In this document: positions 35,928 through 47,960 of the stretch, piece after piece | How the letters are laid out: every line of letters starts with the position of its first letter | Position numbering within the stretch: the stretch's first letter is position 1 | Source of the DNA: Camelus dromedarius | Taxonomy: Eukaryota | Assembly: GCF_036321535.1 (NCBI RefSeq) | Contig: NC_087436.1 | Span: 75,518,001 to 75,582,000, forward strand | Length of the DNA: 64,000 bases | Reading direction: 5' to 3' | The notes under the pieces: model-generated | What the model was told of the DNA's origin: nothing | Seen by the model: the letters and a program-made list of their open reading frames with translations, nothing else | Databases searched by the model: none | Position numbers and translations under genes: made by a program

Positions 35928-37214
35928 TATTTCTTTGTCATTTCTTGTATCACTTTAATTGTGTATTTCCATGTGTTGGCAAATAATTGAAGAACTCACA
36001 TAATTGTCTTTTTTAATGGTGAAATAGCATCCAATTCTGTTTGTGTGACTTAATCTGATAGGCCACTGTCCTTTTGTGGATCTGGGCAATAACCAGCAGG
36101 AGATAGATGTACTTCCTGGTAAGTTAAGCATGACTTCCAAGACATCTGCTGGAACTAGGTCTGTTTTTCATGTTATTGTTAGTAGCACTAATGGTGTGTT
36201 TTTGGAATTTTACAATTTTAAAGCATCTTCTCACTTATTTTTCATTTCATCATCCCAAGAATCCTTCCTGCGGAAGCGGGAATAAGCACACTCAGTGCAG
36301 TGCCTAAGTAGCACGTAGATGGTGATTGAGGGATGTTGGCTAGAGGAGTGTCTCGATTCTGGCGTCCTGGTGTCGATTTTCATCCCCTTCTAATGCATCG
36401 TACGGTAATTACATCAATCATCTTCTTCGTGTGACCCGTTTTTTGCTTCTTACCTCTTCTTCTTCGCCATCCACTTCATCTGGTCCTATCCTTCTATCTC
36501 TATATTTTTTTTCAATTTTCTTGTGTCTTTTTTTTTAACACTTGATTCTTTATTTCCCTTCTCTTCTTTTTCTGGCAGTGCACATCCTTCTCTTATTTCT
36601 CATCTGTCACCCTGTCTCCTATTGCTTGAACTGTGAGTTGCATATCCAATCTCTCTCCGGAACTTTCAGTGATTGTCTCTCCCTTGTTCTCTGAATTGTG
36701 TTTTATTTAAGGGACCACACTGTCTGCTGAAGGATGATTGAATATTTCAAGGCATTCTTTTTCTCTGAACTTTTAGTTTCAGGAAAAAAAAAATGGTGTA
36801 TGCTTAAATCGAGGCCTTCCTAAATTTAAAAAAAACTTGTATTTTCTCCTTTGCATGACTTTTACTAAACAATATCTTACCTAGCTTTAGAAATGACCTT
36901 ACTTACAAGTTTTCAACTTGGCAGGGCTCCCAATGAAGTCCGGATGGCTGTTGACTTCATCAGAACTGCAGGCCAGGGCCTGAACTGCAAAGAAGGCTTT
37001 GAGGGTTGATGCTTAAAGAACACAACTGAATTTAGACTCACAGGCTGTCCTCTTAAGTACTAAAGATAGCAAAATTGGTATGGCTACACTTACTTTTCTT
37101 ACACGCATGTAAACCTCTGTGGCTTACATGTAATAGGCAAAAATAGTGACTTAGATGGAAGTTTGATCATCAACATCAATACCAGTTCTGACTGGGTCTG
37201 CTGTGTATAAAAAA

Positions 37215-37420
37215 TAATCACTGATATTTACTAAGCACTTCCTCTGTTCCAGCTCCTCCCATACACGGTCTCATTTAATCCGGACTGCAGCCCTGGGAGG
37301 TCGGTCCTATGATCAGTAGCATTTCTGTCTTATAGCCCAGGAGACTGAGATGCGAGACGTTAACGGGGTTACCCAGTGTTTCACAGCTAGTGAGCAGTAG
37401 AGCTGGGCTTTGAAGCAGTG
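37215..37420 (-). mobile_element. MIR SINE
   Basis: atttactaagcact...tctcatttaatcc...gagactgag...cacagctagtgag. Confidence 0.7.
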
Positions 37421-37619
37421 CCACGTCAGAGGAAACACGTGTGAACACTGTGCCATCAACCTGTGTCACTCCAGTAAGACCTTCTCTGCCCCGCATCATT
37501 CGTATTATTTACAGTTCTTTTTGATGCTTTGTCACCTTGCCCATCGTGGGCTTTCCGTATGCACTCGCCACACTTTACTTCATCTCAGCTCTCACTCCAA
37601 TCAGTTGACGACTTTGCTC

Positions 37620-37775
37620 TTTTAATTGAGGTATAGCTGATTTACAGTGTTGTGTTAGTTTCTGGTGTACAGCATAGTGATTCAGTTATACACATGTATT
37701 TTTCATATTCTTCTTTATTATGGGTTATGACAAGTCATTGATTATAGTTCCCTGTGCTATACAGTAGGTCCTGTG
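37620..37775 (-). mobile_element. Short L1 3' end
   Basis: tttaattgaggtatagctgatttacagt...ccctgtgctatacagtagg, same 3'UTR type as 33295. Confidence 0.75.
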
Positions 37776-38332
37776 GTTTGCTTTCTTTTTTGTTTAGAAG
37801 ATTAACATAATCAGATAAAACAACAGTAAAACTCTCATCTTTTCTCCTCAAAATGTCTCTTTGTCTTCTTCCAGATACCTTTTTCCTCATTCCTTCCTTT
37901 GAGAAAGGAGCTCCCTCACCTTGGTCCAGGGAATCCCTCCATCTGTGACCCATCTGCCCCGTCACCTTCAAGAGCTGGTTCTGCCCATCAGTCATTTCCT
38001 CTTCTGGCTTCTCATTTCATCCCCTCCTTTCCTCTTTAAGTTTTCCTCTCTCCTTCCCACCTGGCCCTCTTTCCTCTAGGACCTTAGTGTCTTAATACAG
38101 TCCTCCTTTCTGTTTCCTCCTTAGAGTCCATCTCAAGTGCACACGTGATGATCAGCTCCAGGCTCTCTTTTTGTCTGTCTACCTTCTGGACATCTGATCC
38201 ACAGGAACAACATACTCAAAAAACTCTAAAGAAACCCTCCTCACCCCTCCCCATCAGGTCATTTCCTTCCTTCTCCTGACTCTCTTGTGCATCCACCACT
38301 GATTTTTCAATCAGTGTAATTCAACATGAGTA

Positions 38333-38544
38333 CAGTTGACCCTTGAGCAATGGGGGTCTGAATGGCGTGGATCCACTTATATGCAGCTATTTTTCACAAG
38401 TAAATACTACAGAACTACACAGTCCGCACTTAGTTGAGTCTGAGAATGCCGAGGAACAGCGGATAAGTTGTAAGTTGTAAGTTATACTTGCGTAAGTTGT
38501 AAGTTATACCCATATTAAGCCCTGCATTGTTCAAGGGTCACCTG
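38333..38544. mobile_element. Tigger2/MER8-like MITE
   Basis: TIRs CAGTTGACCCTTGAGCAATG / CATTGTTCAAGGGTCACCTG with TA TSD on both sides. Confidence 0.88.
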
Positions 38545-41500
38545 TAATTCAAAATTGAGTTACACCTGCTCCCTTCCTACCGCTATTCCATATTCTAGTC
38601 ACTGCCACATCTGGCAAGGTTCAAGGCCTTCTTACTCCCTTTGGGTAAAATACTCTCTGGTCCTCCTCAGACACCAGTTGCATTTTAAGTGTGGCTTTCT
38701 TCTGACATTGGACCTTATCACAAGCACCTGAGAGAAATCTGCCTCTGACTCAATGCTCTGTCTCCTGCAGTAACTTCCACAGGGCCTCACACCCAGCTCG
38801 CCTTCCAGAAATGTTAATGAAAGTGAAAGTTTTTCTGATTTTGAGGTAAGGCAAGAGTAAAACATAAACCGATGGGAGGCCAGGCACAAGGCATCAGGCT
38901 ACCTGGGCAGGAGCAGTGCTTACGTCCCCTCGTTGGCAGCAAGAACTGGCACCAGAGCTGCGGAGAGGGCTTTGCTCTCATATCCGACACCGCCTCTCAC
39001 CCCCTCCTTCCGACCTGTCTGTCGCCAGGGGTCCTACCGCAGGCTTCTCACCCCATTTGTAAGTTTGTCAGCACTGGGTGGAAATCACTGTCCTTTAACG
39101 TTAAAGTCAGTCTGTTGTCTTTGTTGTTGTTGTTGATTTTTTTTTCAGGATAAAACAATAGCCACAGACACTGAAAAAAGGGGAAGTTCTAGAGCCGCTA
39201 ATAAAAAGAACGCATGATTTGTAAGAGCTCGTAGGTGGGCTAGGACTCAAGTAATGATCGAAAGAGGAAGAGAGGAGGCTGATGCTTCTTTGCCACCGTA
39301 TGTTATTTTCTGGCTTACTGCTGTACTTATCTCCCAAGTCCAACCCCATCAGTTTTAAAAGTGGCATCAGAATTCAGATTCTATACACACTTTAAGGACA
39401 CTGAGCTTCAGCATGAAATTCTTTCTTTTTGGCCTGACAAGGAACCGCTACATGTGCAAATTATTTTAACAGCTTCCAAACACACTTAATGTGGTTGCAT
39501 TAAGGACCTAATCGACTGACAGGACATTATTAAAAAATCTCACTGTGTCTAAATTTGTCTTTATAGATCATTATTTACCAGCTAAGGAGTCGCTGCCCCA
39601 TAAAACCAACATCCAAAGCCATTGCTTCAACAGTGCACATTTACTGTAATATCTTCAAGCTTTTTTGACTTTGCTCCAAAGACATGAAATAAGTCATTTC
39701 ACTGCCGTGTGCTTCCATCCATCATGATTGCAGGTAATCCTCACTGATCCTCGAAGCAGAGCCTTTGTGATTTGAAGAAAGCCTCACACAGTGATGACCA
39801 CATATAATTTCCTCACAGCTGTGGGGCGACATATGAGAGGATATTGCAGCTGCTGAATCAAAACATTAATTTTTTTTTTAGGTATTTAAATTTTTAGCCC
39901 ATGTGCATGCTGTGCATATTTAGGAAACAAGTGGAACCCTCTGTTTGCTTACAAACAAGAAATGTATTTATTCCAGCTTGAGCTGATACTCCATTTCCAG
40001 TCCCTTATGTGTGTCCATTCATCTGTTTGGTTAAAGTGCTAATTCACCGGGTAAGCAGTGAATTAGTAAGCAGGCATTTAGACGAACAAGTGGAATTCCA
40101 TCAGTGCACCCCCACCCACCCCACTTGCTTATTATTTAGCAGGGATCTGAAACAGGCTAAATCTAAATGTCTCCCTGGTCTCTCTCCTCTCCTTGTCACC
40201 CCTAATGAGTCTTTTATTTAAAGACTCTTTACTGTAATCGAAGTAGTGTCAAATGAGGACTGACTTACTGAACTGCCGTGGAAGGACTCTGAGAGACGGC
40301 CTCCAGGAGAGGCACTGTTTTTAAGCAGTTAATGGATGCACACCCCCCATTTAGACATATTTGAGGTTAGCCTGCTTTTTTGATTACAGGCAGGCAGGTC
40401 AGATGCAAACGCCTTACCGCACAGATGGGACATTTAGGACGGGCCGTTAATCCTTGCAGAGGCCGCTAGATTGGTGGGTTGGAATCTCAATTCTCCTATT
40501 TTAGTAACGCGGTCCTGGTACAAATTAAGCAGTGACAGTGTAAGCTTCCTCTCATATATCCTGTGAAATTATTCCAAATATCACCTGCGGGGAGGAGTGG
40601 GAGTGGAAGGTGGGGTGAGAAGGATGACAGGGGAATTCACTCTGGTTTGTTGGCCTCTCTGAGAATAACTGGCACTTTAAGGACACTGTTTCTGACACTT
40701 TTGCTCCTACAGTGTGGGTCCAGCAAGGATCTGAATCAGCATTTCTCAGATGGTCACCACCTACCAAGAAGAATTCAAGACTTGCCTCCAAATCAGCTTA
40801 TTTTTTAGGAAACATGCCCCTAGGTTTTACTGTGCGTGAAGTGGCTGGTGTCATAGCAGGTCCCTGGGATGCATAGTCACCTCCTGCAGTGCCTGGAGAT
40901 GAGCTCGTACCACCTCTTAATTATGTTTAGATTGTATAATTAATACATCTGGCTGGCCATGGGGTATTTCCCTCTTCATTATCTCAAATTGTACTGAAAA
41001 GGCAATTGTGAATTGCCTCACACACAGCCGAGTAGTGCCCTGCTCCTCGTGGCCTGAAGTGCATTTTGAAAACCAGGTGGTGCAGCCCAGGTTGACCTTG
41101 TCATGGGCCTACCGTTTCCTAGTATTTTGACTCCAGTAATTTTTTTCTTTCATTTAACCAATAGGGAAGAGGTCCCTATGAGGTACTGCTGATTCAGTCA
41201 AATTTTTTAATTTAAATTTTAAAGGCATTTTGGAAGCTGACAGTTTGCGTAAAGGTCTTTCCTGGTCACACCTGAGAGACAAACCACTGGTGTGGTCTTC
41301 CTTCTCCAGGGACACCTGACAGCTCCAATCCTGGTCATGACAGCTTTCATATACTTACACTATAGGATTCTTAGTTTTCCTAATCTGCCTTCTCTAACAT
41401 CAGCCTCTTGAAAACAGTTCAGCATGGGATGCTCTCAACAGTGAAGGGTCTTCTGTGAACATGTCAGAAGGGGGAAGGGGAGAGAAGAGTGGTGACTCCT

Positions 41501-43045
41501 CTCCTCTCTCCAGCAAAGTTCACATTGAAAACTGCTGTGTGTCAGAGTTTTCTTGGATTGTTGGTTCTTTGCTGTGGTTTTAACGTCTTCTGCCATCTCT
41601 AGTCACTTTCATACAACAATTTCTCATTTAAATCTGTAATAAAAATAGAGACCTCAGTAGATAGACTGGCGAAGAACACGTACAGTTAGGCAAACCGATT
41701 CCCAATGGCCATTAGGATAAACCCATACTCTCTCATGACTTACAAGGTATTCCAAAACCAGCACAGCCAGGTCCTGAGTGGCTCTTTTGTATGTTCTTCA
41801 AGATCCAGTCATATGAACTTTTTTCAGTTGGGCATCCTGTTCTGTTGGGCTTCTGGGTTCTTGCTGTTTTTTTCCTCTTCTTGGGACCCTTTCCAAGCCC
41901 TCTCACCCCTGTCCAGGTCCTTTTGCAGTGCTCCTAACTATATGAAAAAGTAATTATATGACAACATTTAATATAATCTCATCTATGTAAAAAATCTATA
42001 TGTGTAAAATTGTATAGAAGAACTAAAAGAAAAAAGTCCATGTTAGTAGCTATTTACTCTGAAAGGCCTACTTAGGGTCATTTTTATGTTTATGTATACT
42101 CTGTAAAAAAAATGTTTTGTATTTTTTTCCATGGCTCACTTTGTAGTCAGAACAATAAAACCTTAAGCTCCCATTTTTGAGCCCCAGTCAGCCTCTGTCT
42201 GTGCAGAAGATCACAGTGGCCGCCTGGGCTTGAGCCTGAAGCTTGCTTACAGGTGGTGCCCCGGGTACCGGCCACCTGTGGTCCATCACACCTGGGTTCT
42301 GTAGCCCGCCCTCGGGAACTGTGCTTTTCTGATTAAGTCAGACACTGAGATTAATCCTCAAGCCCTTGTTGCTCTGATGTCTGGCTTCTTACCCTGCACA
42401 TCATTCCTCATTTTGAGCTCTCCCAAGGAATTCTCTCCAACAAAGAGATTCTGGCTTCAACCTCTTAAGATAAAGGTATTTCCTAGGTTTTAGGAATTTA
42501 TTTTTCTTTTCTGGTTGGTTTAATAAAAGTCAGTCAACCTTCAGATTGACTTCAGAGTAAGATTTGAGAGCATATTGGTTTCAAGTGGCCTTCTGTTGGG
42601 GGCTTGTATAAGACAGAGTTAGGAAGGGAGGTTTGCATGAAGATGTTAACACGAGACCCACACAGATTGCCGTTTTGGAATGATTCTGTTCCTAGGATTG
42701 GGTGCTCAGTATGACTTTTTAAACCATGGATGAATGAATAAGGGATGAATACAGGTAGTGAACAAAAAGAGCCCAACTTTCCAGACTTGAGTAGTTACAG
42801 TCTTGTGTGTAACGTGAAACTATAAACTAACTTGGATTAATGTGATGCTTGGGGCAACCCGCATCACACCGATTGTTTTATATTTTCAGGTATCATTTAT
42901 TGATTTCTCCTTGCCTCTGGGTACTTACTCCATCATTCAATGTGCTATGTCCAGTGATTGATCCGATGCCTCCTTAAGGCTTAATACGGAACCATGGAAC
43001 AAGGCAGAGGCCTTGAGTGATTTTGGAGTCTTGGCAGCTCTCTCT

Positions 43046-43799
43046 TTTGTTTTTTTTTGTTTTTTTTTTTTTTTACTGAAGTATAATTGACCTACAACAC
43101 TGTGTTAGTTCCTGTTGTACAACATAATGATTCGATATTTCTGTTTGTTACAAAATGATCGCCATGATAAGTCTACTTACCATCTGTCACCATACAAAGT
43201 TATTACAGTGTTATTGACTGTGTTCCCCATGCTGTACATTTCAGCCCCATGACTCATTTATTTTGTTACTGGAAGTTTGTACCTCTTAATCTCCCTCACC
43301 TATTTCACTCATCCCCTCTAACCCCTTCCCCTCTGGCAACTGCCTATTTGTTCTGTGACTCTTGTTTCTGTTTTATGTTTGTTCATTTGCTTTGCTTTTT
43401 AGATTCCACATGTAGGTGAAGTCATATGGTATTTGTCTTTCTCTATCTGACCTATTTCGCTTAGCATAATACTCTCAAGGTTCATCCATTGTTGTTGCAA
43501 ATGGCAAGATTTCACTCTTTTTATATCTGAGTAATATTCCATTGTGTGTGTATGTGTATACCACATCTTCTTTATCCATTCATCTATTGGTGGACACTTA
43601 GGTTGCTTTCATACTGTGGCTTTCATAAATAATGCTGCAATGAACATAGGGGTGCGTGTATCTTTTCCAATTAGTGTTTTTGTTTTCTTCAGAAAGATCC
43701 CCAGAAGTGGAATTGCTGGATCGAATGGTAGTTCTATTTTTAATTTTTCTGAGGAGACTCCATGCTGTTTTCCAAAGTGGCTGTATCAGTTTACATCCC
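43046..43799 (-). mobile_element. 5'-truncated L1 (ORF2 C-terminus and 3'UTR)
   Basis: Poly-T tail; antisense ORF2-end text (ccacatcttctttatccattcatc, ggaattgctggatc); possible TSD ctctctct. Confidence 0.85.
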
Positions 43800-46464
43800 C
43801 TCTCTCTGCAACTTTTGAGCCCTTTCTACTAGCTTCTGGTAGGTGTATACCAAAAGGACGCACACAGCCACGCCTGGTTTAAGGCCTCCGGAGAATGAGA
43901 CTTGGCTAGGAGGAGAGAAGAAGTTGAGGGCTGTGAGGAATTTCTACGTTTGTCAGGCAATCAGAGGCAGAGAATGACCAAGAGGAGCCCCAGGGTAAAG
44001 CATGGAGGGGGAAGGAGGTCGAGGAGGAGGGGTGATCCAAAGTACTGCAGAGACTCCAGGTGGGTTAGGCGTTAGAGGAGTCCATTAGATTAGGTTGCTA
44101 AGAAGTTGTCAGATGCCAGTGAGATGAGGAGTTGGGGGTGAAGGGAAGACAAGAGATGGGGTGGTTGTAGAGAAAAGCTTTGGGGGGAAGTTGAGGTCAA
44201 GGAGAATGACGAGAGGTGGGCATAAAAGGGCAATAATGTTCAAATAATGTGGAAAAATAGATCAAAAAATGTGGTGGGGGAATTGGCCATTTCATCCTGT
44301 GAGGGGAGATGTAATGAAATAAAACTGGTCAACAGGAAAGAATCGAAGGTGCTCGTGCCCAGTGAGCTGAATCAAGGAGAAGGCGAACTACCCTGGGAGG
44401 AGGAGGAGGGTGGGCAGGGTGGGCTGGTGCTGGCGTGGGCGTGGGGGGGCAGAGCAAGGTTCCAGAGCAGCTGCCCTGAGAGCTGGAGGGAGCGTCCGTA
44501 ACCTCGCCCAGCTTCCTGGAGAAGTAATTAATGTGCATCACACTCTTCATTTAAACAGCTTCTAGACATCCCCAGGATCAGACAGATCCATAAATGTTCA
44601 TTTATTGCACCCACAAAGTACACCCGAGGTCGGCTTACTTTCTCTTCAAAGCATCCCCTGGTGATTATCCTTTTTCATTTCTCTAATTGTACACTAGAGC
44701 CAGCCTCAGTTAGATGCAACTAGTTTTTAGACCACTGAGCACCTGCAGGCCTTGCTGACGCATGCCTGAGCCCAGAACTCTCTGTAAGCACTTGCTTTTC
44801 AGAGGAAGAGGCCATGACTTTTCAAATAATGGAGCCTCGAATCGGGAATGTTTCCCTGATTTCCAGTCCTGACATGTACCCACTCATTAAGGTTATCATA
44901 AAGCAGGGTCACCTCCATTTGCTCCAGAACTTTTGAAGTGCTCCTGGCACTGTGAGGGGAGCCCGGGAAAAAGAAAACAAAAAGGTTGGCCTTGTGTGGA
45001 AACCATACACTAAGTCGGGGGAAATAGCCTCCTTATCAGATTTCTCTCAACACAGCCATCATTTCCTGTAGAATTTACTGAAGGGCTATAATGGGATTAG
45101 TTTGCCTCCGAGGGTATCAAGAATTGTTCCTAATATTGGCAAAAGGCTGCCTGTAATCTGAAACTCCCGAAGTTCAGAGAGAGGTCAGGGGCTCTTTGTC
45201 GGTGTACTGCTAGAAGAGTCAGCATTTTTGAGGAGGACAGTCTGGGTTCAGCTTCTGGAGTGGCTGCAGAGTCCCAGAAAGACTTCTCGTGTGGATGAGT
45301 GGGTGCCGGGAATGGGACTACAATCTCTTCTTTGGCAAGGAATGCATCTCAGATGATGAACCATTAAGAAAGTGTATCACTGAGGGTATAGAGAGAAAGA
45401 CCTGTTTCCACAGATTTTAGGAGACAGGCAATCTGTTTTATTGACAAGGATTTTTTTAGTCTAAACATCACTAGAATTCACAATCTCCATCTACAAGACT
45501 TTGAGATGAAACAAAACATACCTGGTTGTTGAGTGGTGCATTAGCAGCCGTAAACAGTGCTTTGAATCCTAAGGAGGAAGATGGACAGGTCCTATAACCA
45601 GAGCTCTTTCTTCTTTTTTCCTAGGCCTTTACTCCTTTTTCATTTTGGTGGGTAATTCAGGATTTGTGGATTTTCTTCCACCTTTGGGATGGAGGGGGGT
45701 AAATGGGATTTGAAGGATAATTACCACTTAAGGTAGGACAGAGGGCATTTTCACCTATCGTGGGAGCTGAACACAATCACGTTATTTAACTAAAGGATGC
45801 CTGTTATATGGGCAAGAATAAGAGGCAATTCTGGCCGTTCCAGATAATTAGTCCTATAGCTTTACCCACAACTGGTACAGCATCTGCTACGAACCAGGAA
45901 TCAAGTCATGAACATGACTTTCAACTCAACTCTTTTTTGTAACTTTACCTCTGGTTAGAGACTAAAATTTTCCACCATTCACCTATCGACCAGTCCTAAT
46001 CCCCCCATACCAACGCCTGAGACTGGTGTCCTGACTCTGGAAGGCCACGTTTGTGAGGAGGAGCTCGGGAGGGTGCTGAGCACAGCTCAGGAGCTGTGTG
46101 GATGGGAGCCATGCTGTGCTTGAGTTCGCAGAGGTCTTGGGGATATGTTGATATGATGAAGTGTTCCTGTTATCTAACAGTTCTCTCCATGCCCCTGGCA
46201 AGTATCTGTCACAGGCTGCCCTAGAACTTGAAGGTTGTTCAGTTGGAAAGGGATGAAAATTCAATTGCTGTGCTGGGCCCAGTCATTTGCTAAAATCCTC
46301 AAACACACAATTTGTACAGGTCCCAGGCTTCTGCTTTACTGCTGCACACTGCCTCTGGGCCACTCTCCGGCTGTCGGTGCTGCAGCAGTGGTAATTGCAA
46401 TCCCGTTTACCCTTCGGTGTCGTGATGAGCATTGTGCCTTCTCTGTGGCCCCCTCCCTCTCCAG

Positions 46465-46617
46465 ACTGCCATCCTCTGTGCCAGCACTGTGCAGCCAATC
46501 TCCGCAACACCGGGAGCGTCTGCCTGCGGTGCCAGAACGCCCGGTACCTGCTGCTGGGGGACCGCTGTGTTCCCGACTGCCCTTCGGGATACTATGCAGA
46601 GAGGGGAGCTTGTCAAA
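46465..46617 (+). CDS. FRAS1: FRAS1 exon, furin-like repeat (D)CHPLCQHCAANLRNTGSVCLRCQNARYLLLGDRCVPDCPSGYYAERGACQ
   Basis: ccctctccag|AC acceptor, CAAA|gtaagt donor, 153 bp. Confidence 0.96.
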
Positions 46618-46833
46618 GTAAGTGCTGGACGCAGGAGCCGGTGGTGCGTCTTGAGCTTCTCTTGGGGGCAATAGTGGAGAAGGCTTGAACTTCCCAGGCG
46701 AGAGAGAGGGCAGGAAGCACACTGTGGGGCCAGAAAGCAGACCAGCGAATGCTCTCTGCACTGGCACTTTTATTAACGGCTTTGGAAGGGGGTTTGGCTT
46801 CACAGGTTCTCTTTGTGTCTCTTCCCTCTGCAG

Positions 46834-46980
46834 AATGTCACTCCTCCTGCAGAACCTGCCGGGGCAGAGGACCCTTCTCCTGCTCCTCCTGTGACACTGG
46901 CCTCGTTCTGTCCCACCTTGGTACCTGCAGCACCGCCTGCTTCCCAGGGCACTATCTTGATGACAATCATGCTTGTCAGC
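46834..46980 (+). CDS. FRAS1: FRAS1 exon, furin-like repeat (K)CHSSCRTCRGRGPFSCSSCDTGLVLSHLGTCSTACFPGHYLDDNHACQ
   Basis: ccctctgcag|AA acceptor, CAGC|gtaagt donor, 147 bp; follows a 216-bp intron. Confidence 0.96.
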
Positions 46981-47794
46981 GTAAGTTTTTAAAAATGAAC
47001 TTTCTCTCCTGTCCTGCTCTGCTGAGGTCATTGAAGGAAATAGGAACTTTTTGCTTCCATATTCACACCTGGTAGCCTTTATTTTTATAAAAGGAAGAAA
47101 ATGAATCTCCAAAGGCATATGGGCTCCATCAGCAGATTTATAACTCAGGTATGGGCTTAACTGGAAGTGCTGGGCTAGGGATCTCCTCTGCGAGTACCTG
47201 CTGTGTGACCTCAGGCCATTCATTTAACCCCTCTGTTCTCTAGTTATATCATTAAAATAATAAAAGTATTAGTCTATTTCATTCCTGTGGTTTCTCTCAG
47301 TGTTTCTATTCCAAGAGCCTGAGCAGAGAGGGGAGCTCATTTTATTACACAGGCTGTGGCCTCAGCTCTTCTCTGGGTTTAATTTGTTTTTGACATGTAT
47401 TTGTTGAATATTGACAATATTCAAGGCTTGGCATGCTATAAAGCATTCAGTTTCTGCCCAAACAGTAGTTATTTTTCTTGCATGAGAGTTACTTGTATAG
47501 ATGTCTTAGTCCTAAAATAAGTAAAAATATGATTAAGTACCTGAGTCAGGCACAAAGATTTAGGATAAATTAGGGAAAGGGCAAATCTGGATGGAAAAAA
47601 ATTAGAAAATCCTGCACAGGTGAAGGAACATTTTTGAGATAGCCTGAGGCAGCTTAGTTTATTTCGATCAGTAAAGTGTCATTCGCCAAAAAATTGTGTT
47701 ATATTTTTCTCCTTTTGAAGATGACAGTTAACAAATGCAGGGCTGATATATCAACTTTATGTCCTAGGATGTACCATGTTGAAGGAATTATAAA

Positions 47795-47960
47795 GTAATG
47801 GTTAGGAGAATGGGCTTTAGAATCAGGTGACTAAAGTTCAAATCCTAGCTGACACCTACTAGCTTTGTGACCTTGAGCAAGTAAATTAACCACCATGCAT
47901 CAGTTTCCTTTTTCTATAAAAGGGGGATGATAATAGTGCCTACATCTAATGTTGCTGCTC
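47795..47960 (+). mobile_element. MIR SINE
   Basis: gttcaaatcctagct...tgtgaccttgagcaagt...cagtttcc...taaaagggggatgataatag. Confidence 0.85.

Noticed and set aside
43544..43882. 112-aa + strand ORF (and 59368-59550)
   Set aside because: Antisense reading of degraded L1 ORF2 C-terminal DNA
46618..46833. 216-bp (3n) intron as possible in-frame retained intron
   Set aside because: In-frame stop at 46686-46688
46336..47223. 295-aa antisense ORF over two FRAS1 exons
   Set aside because: No recognisable domain; starts in a MIR fragment; explained by GC-rich antisense-to-coding sequence
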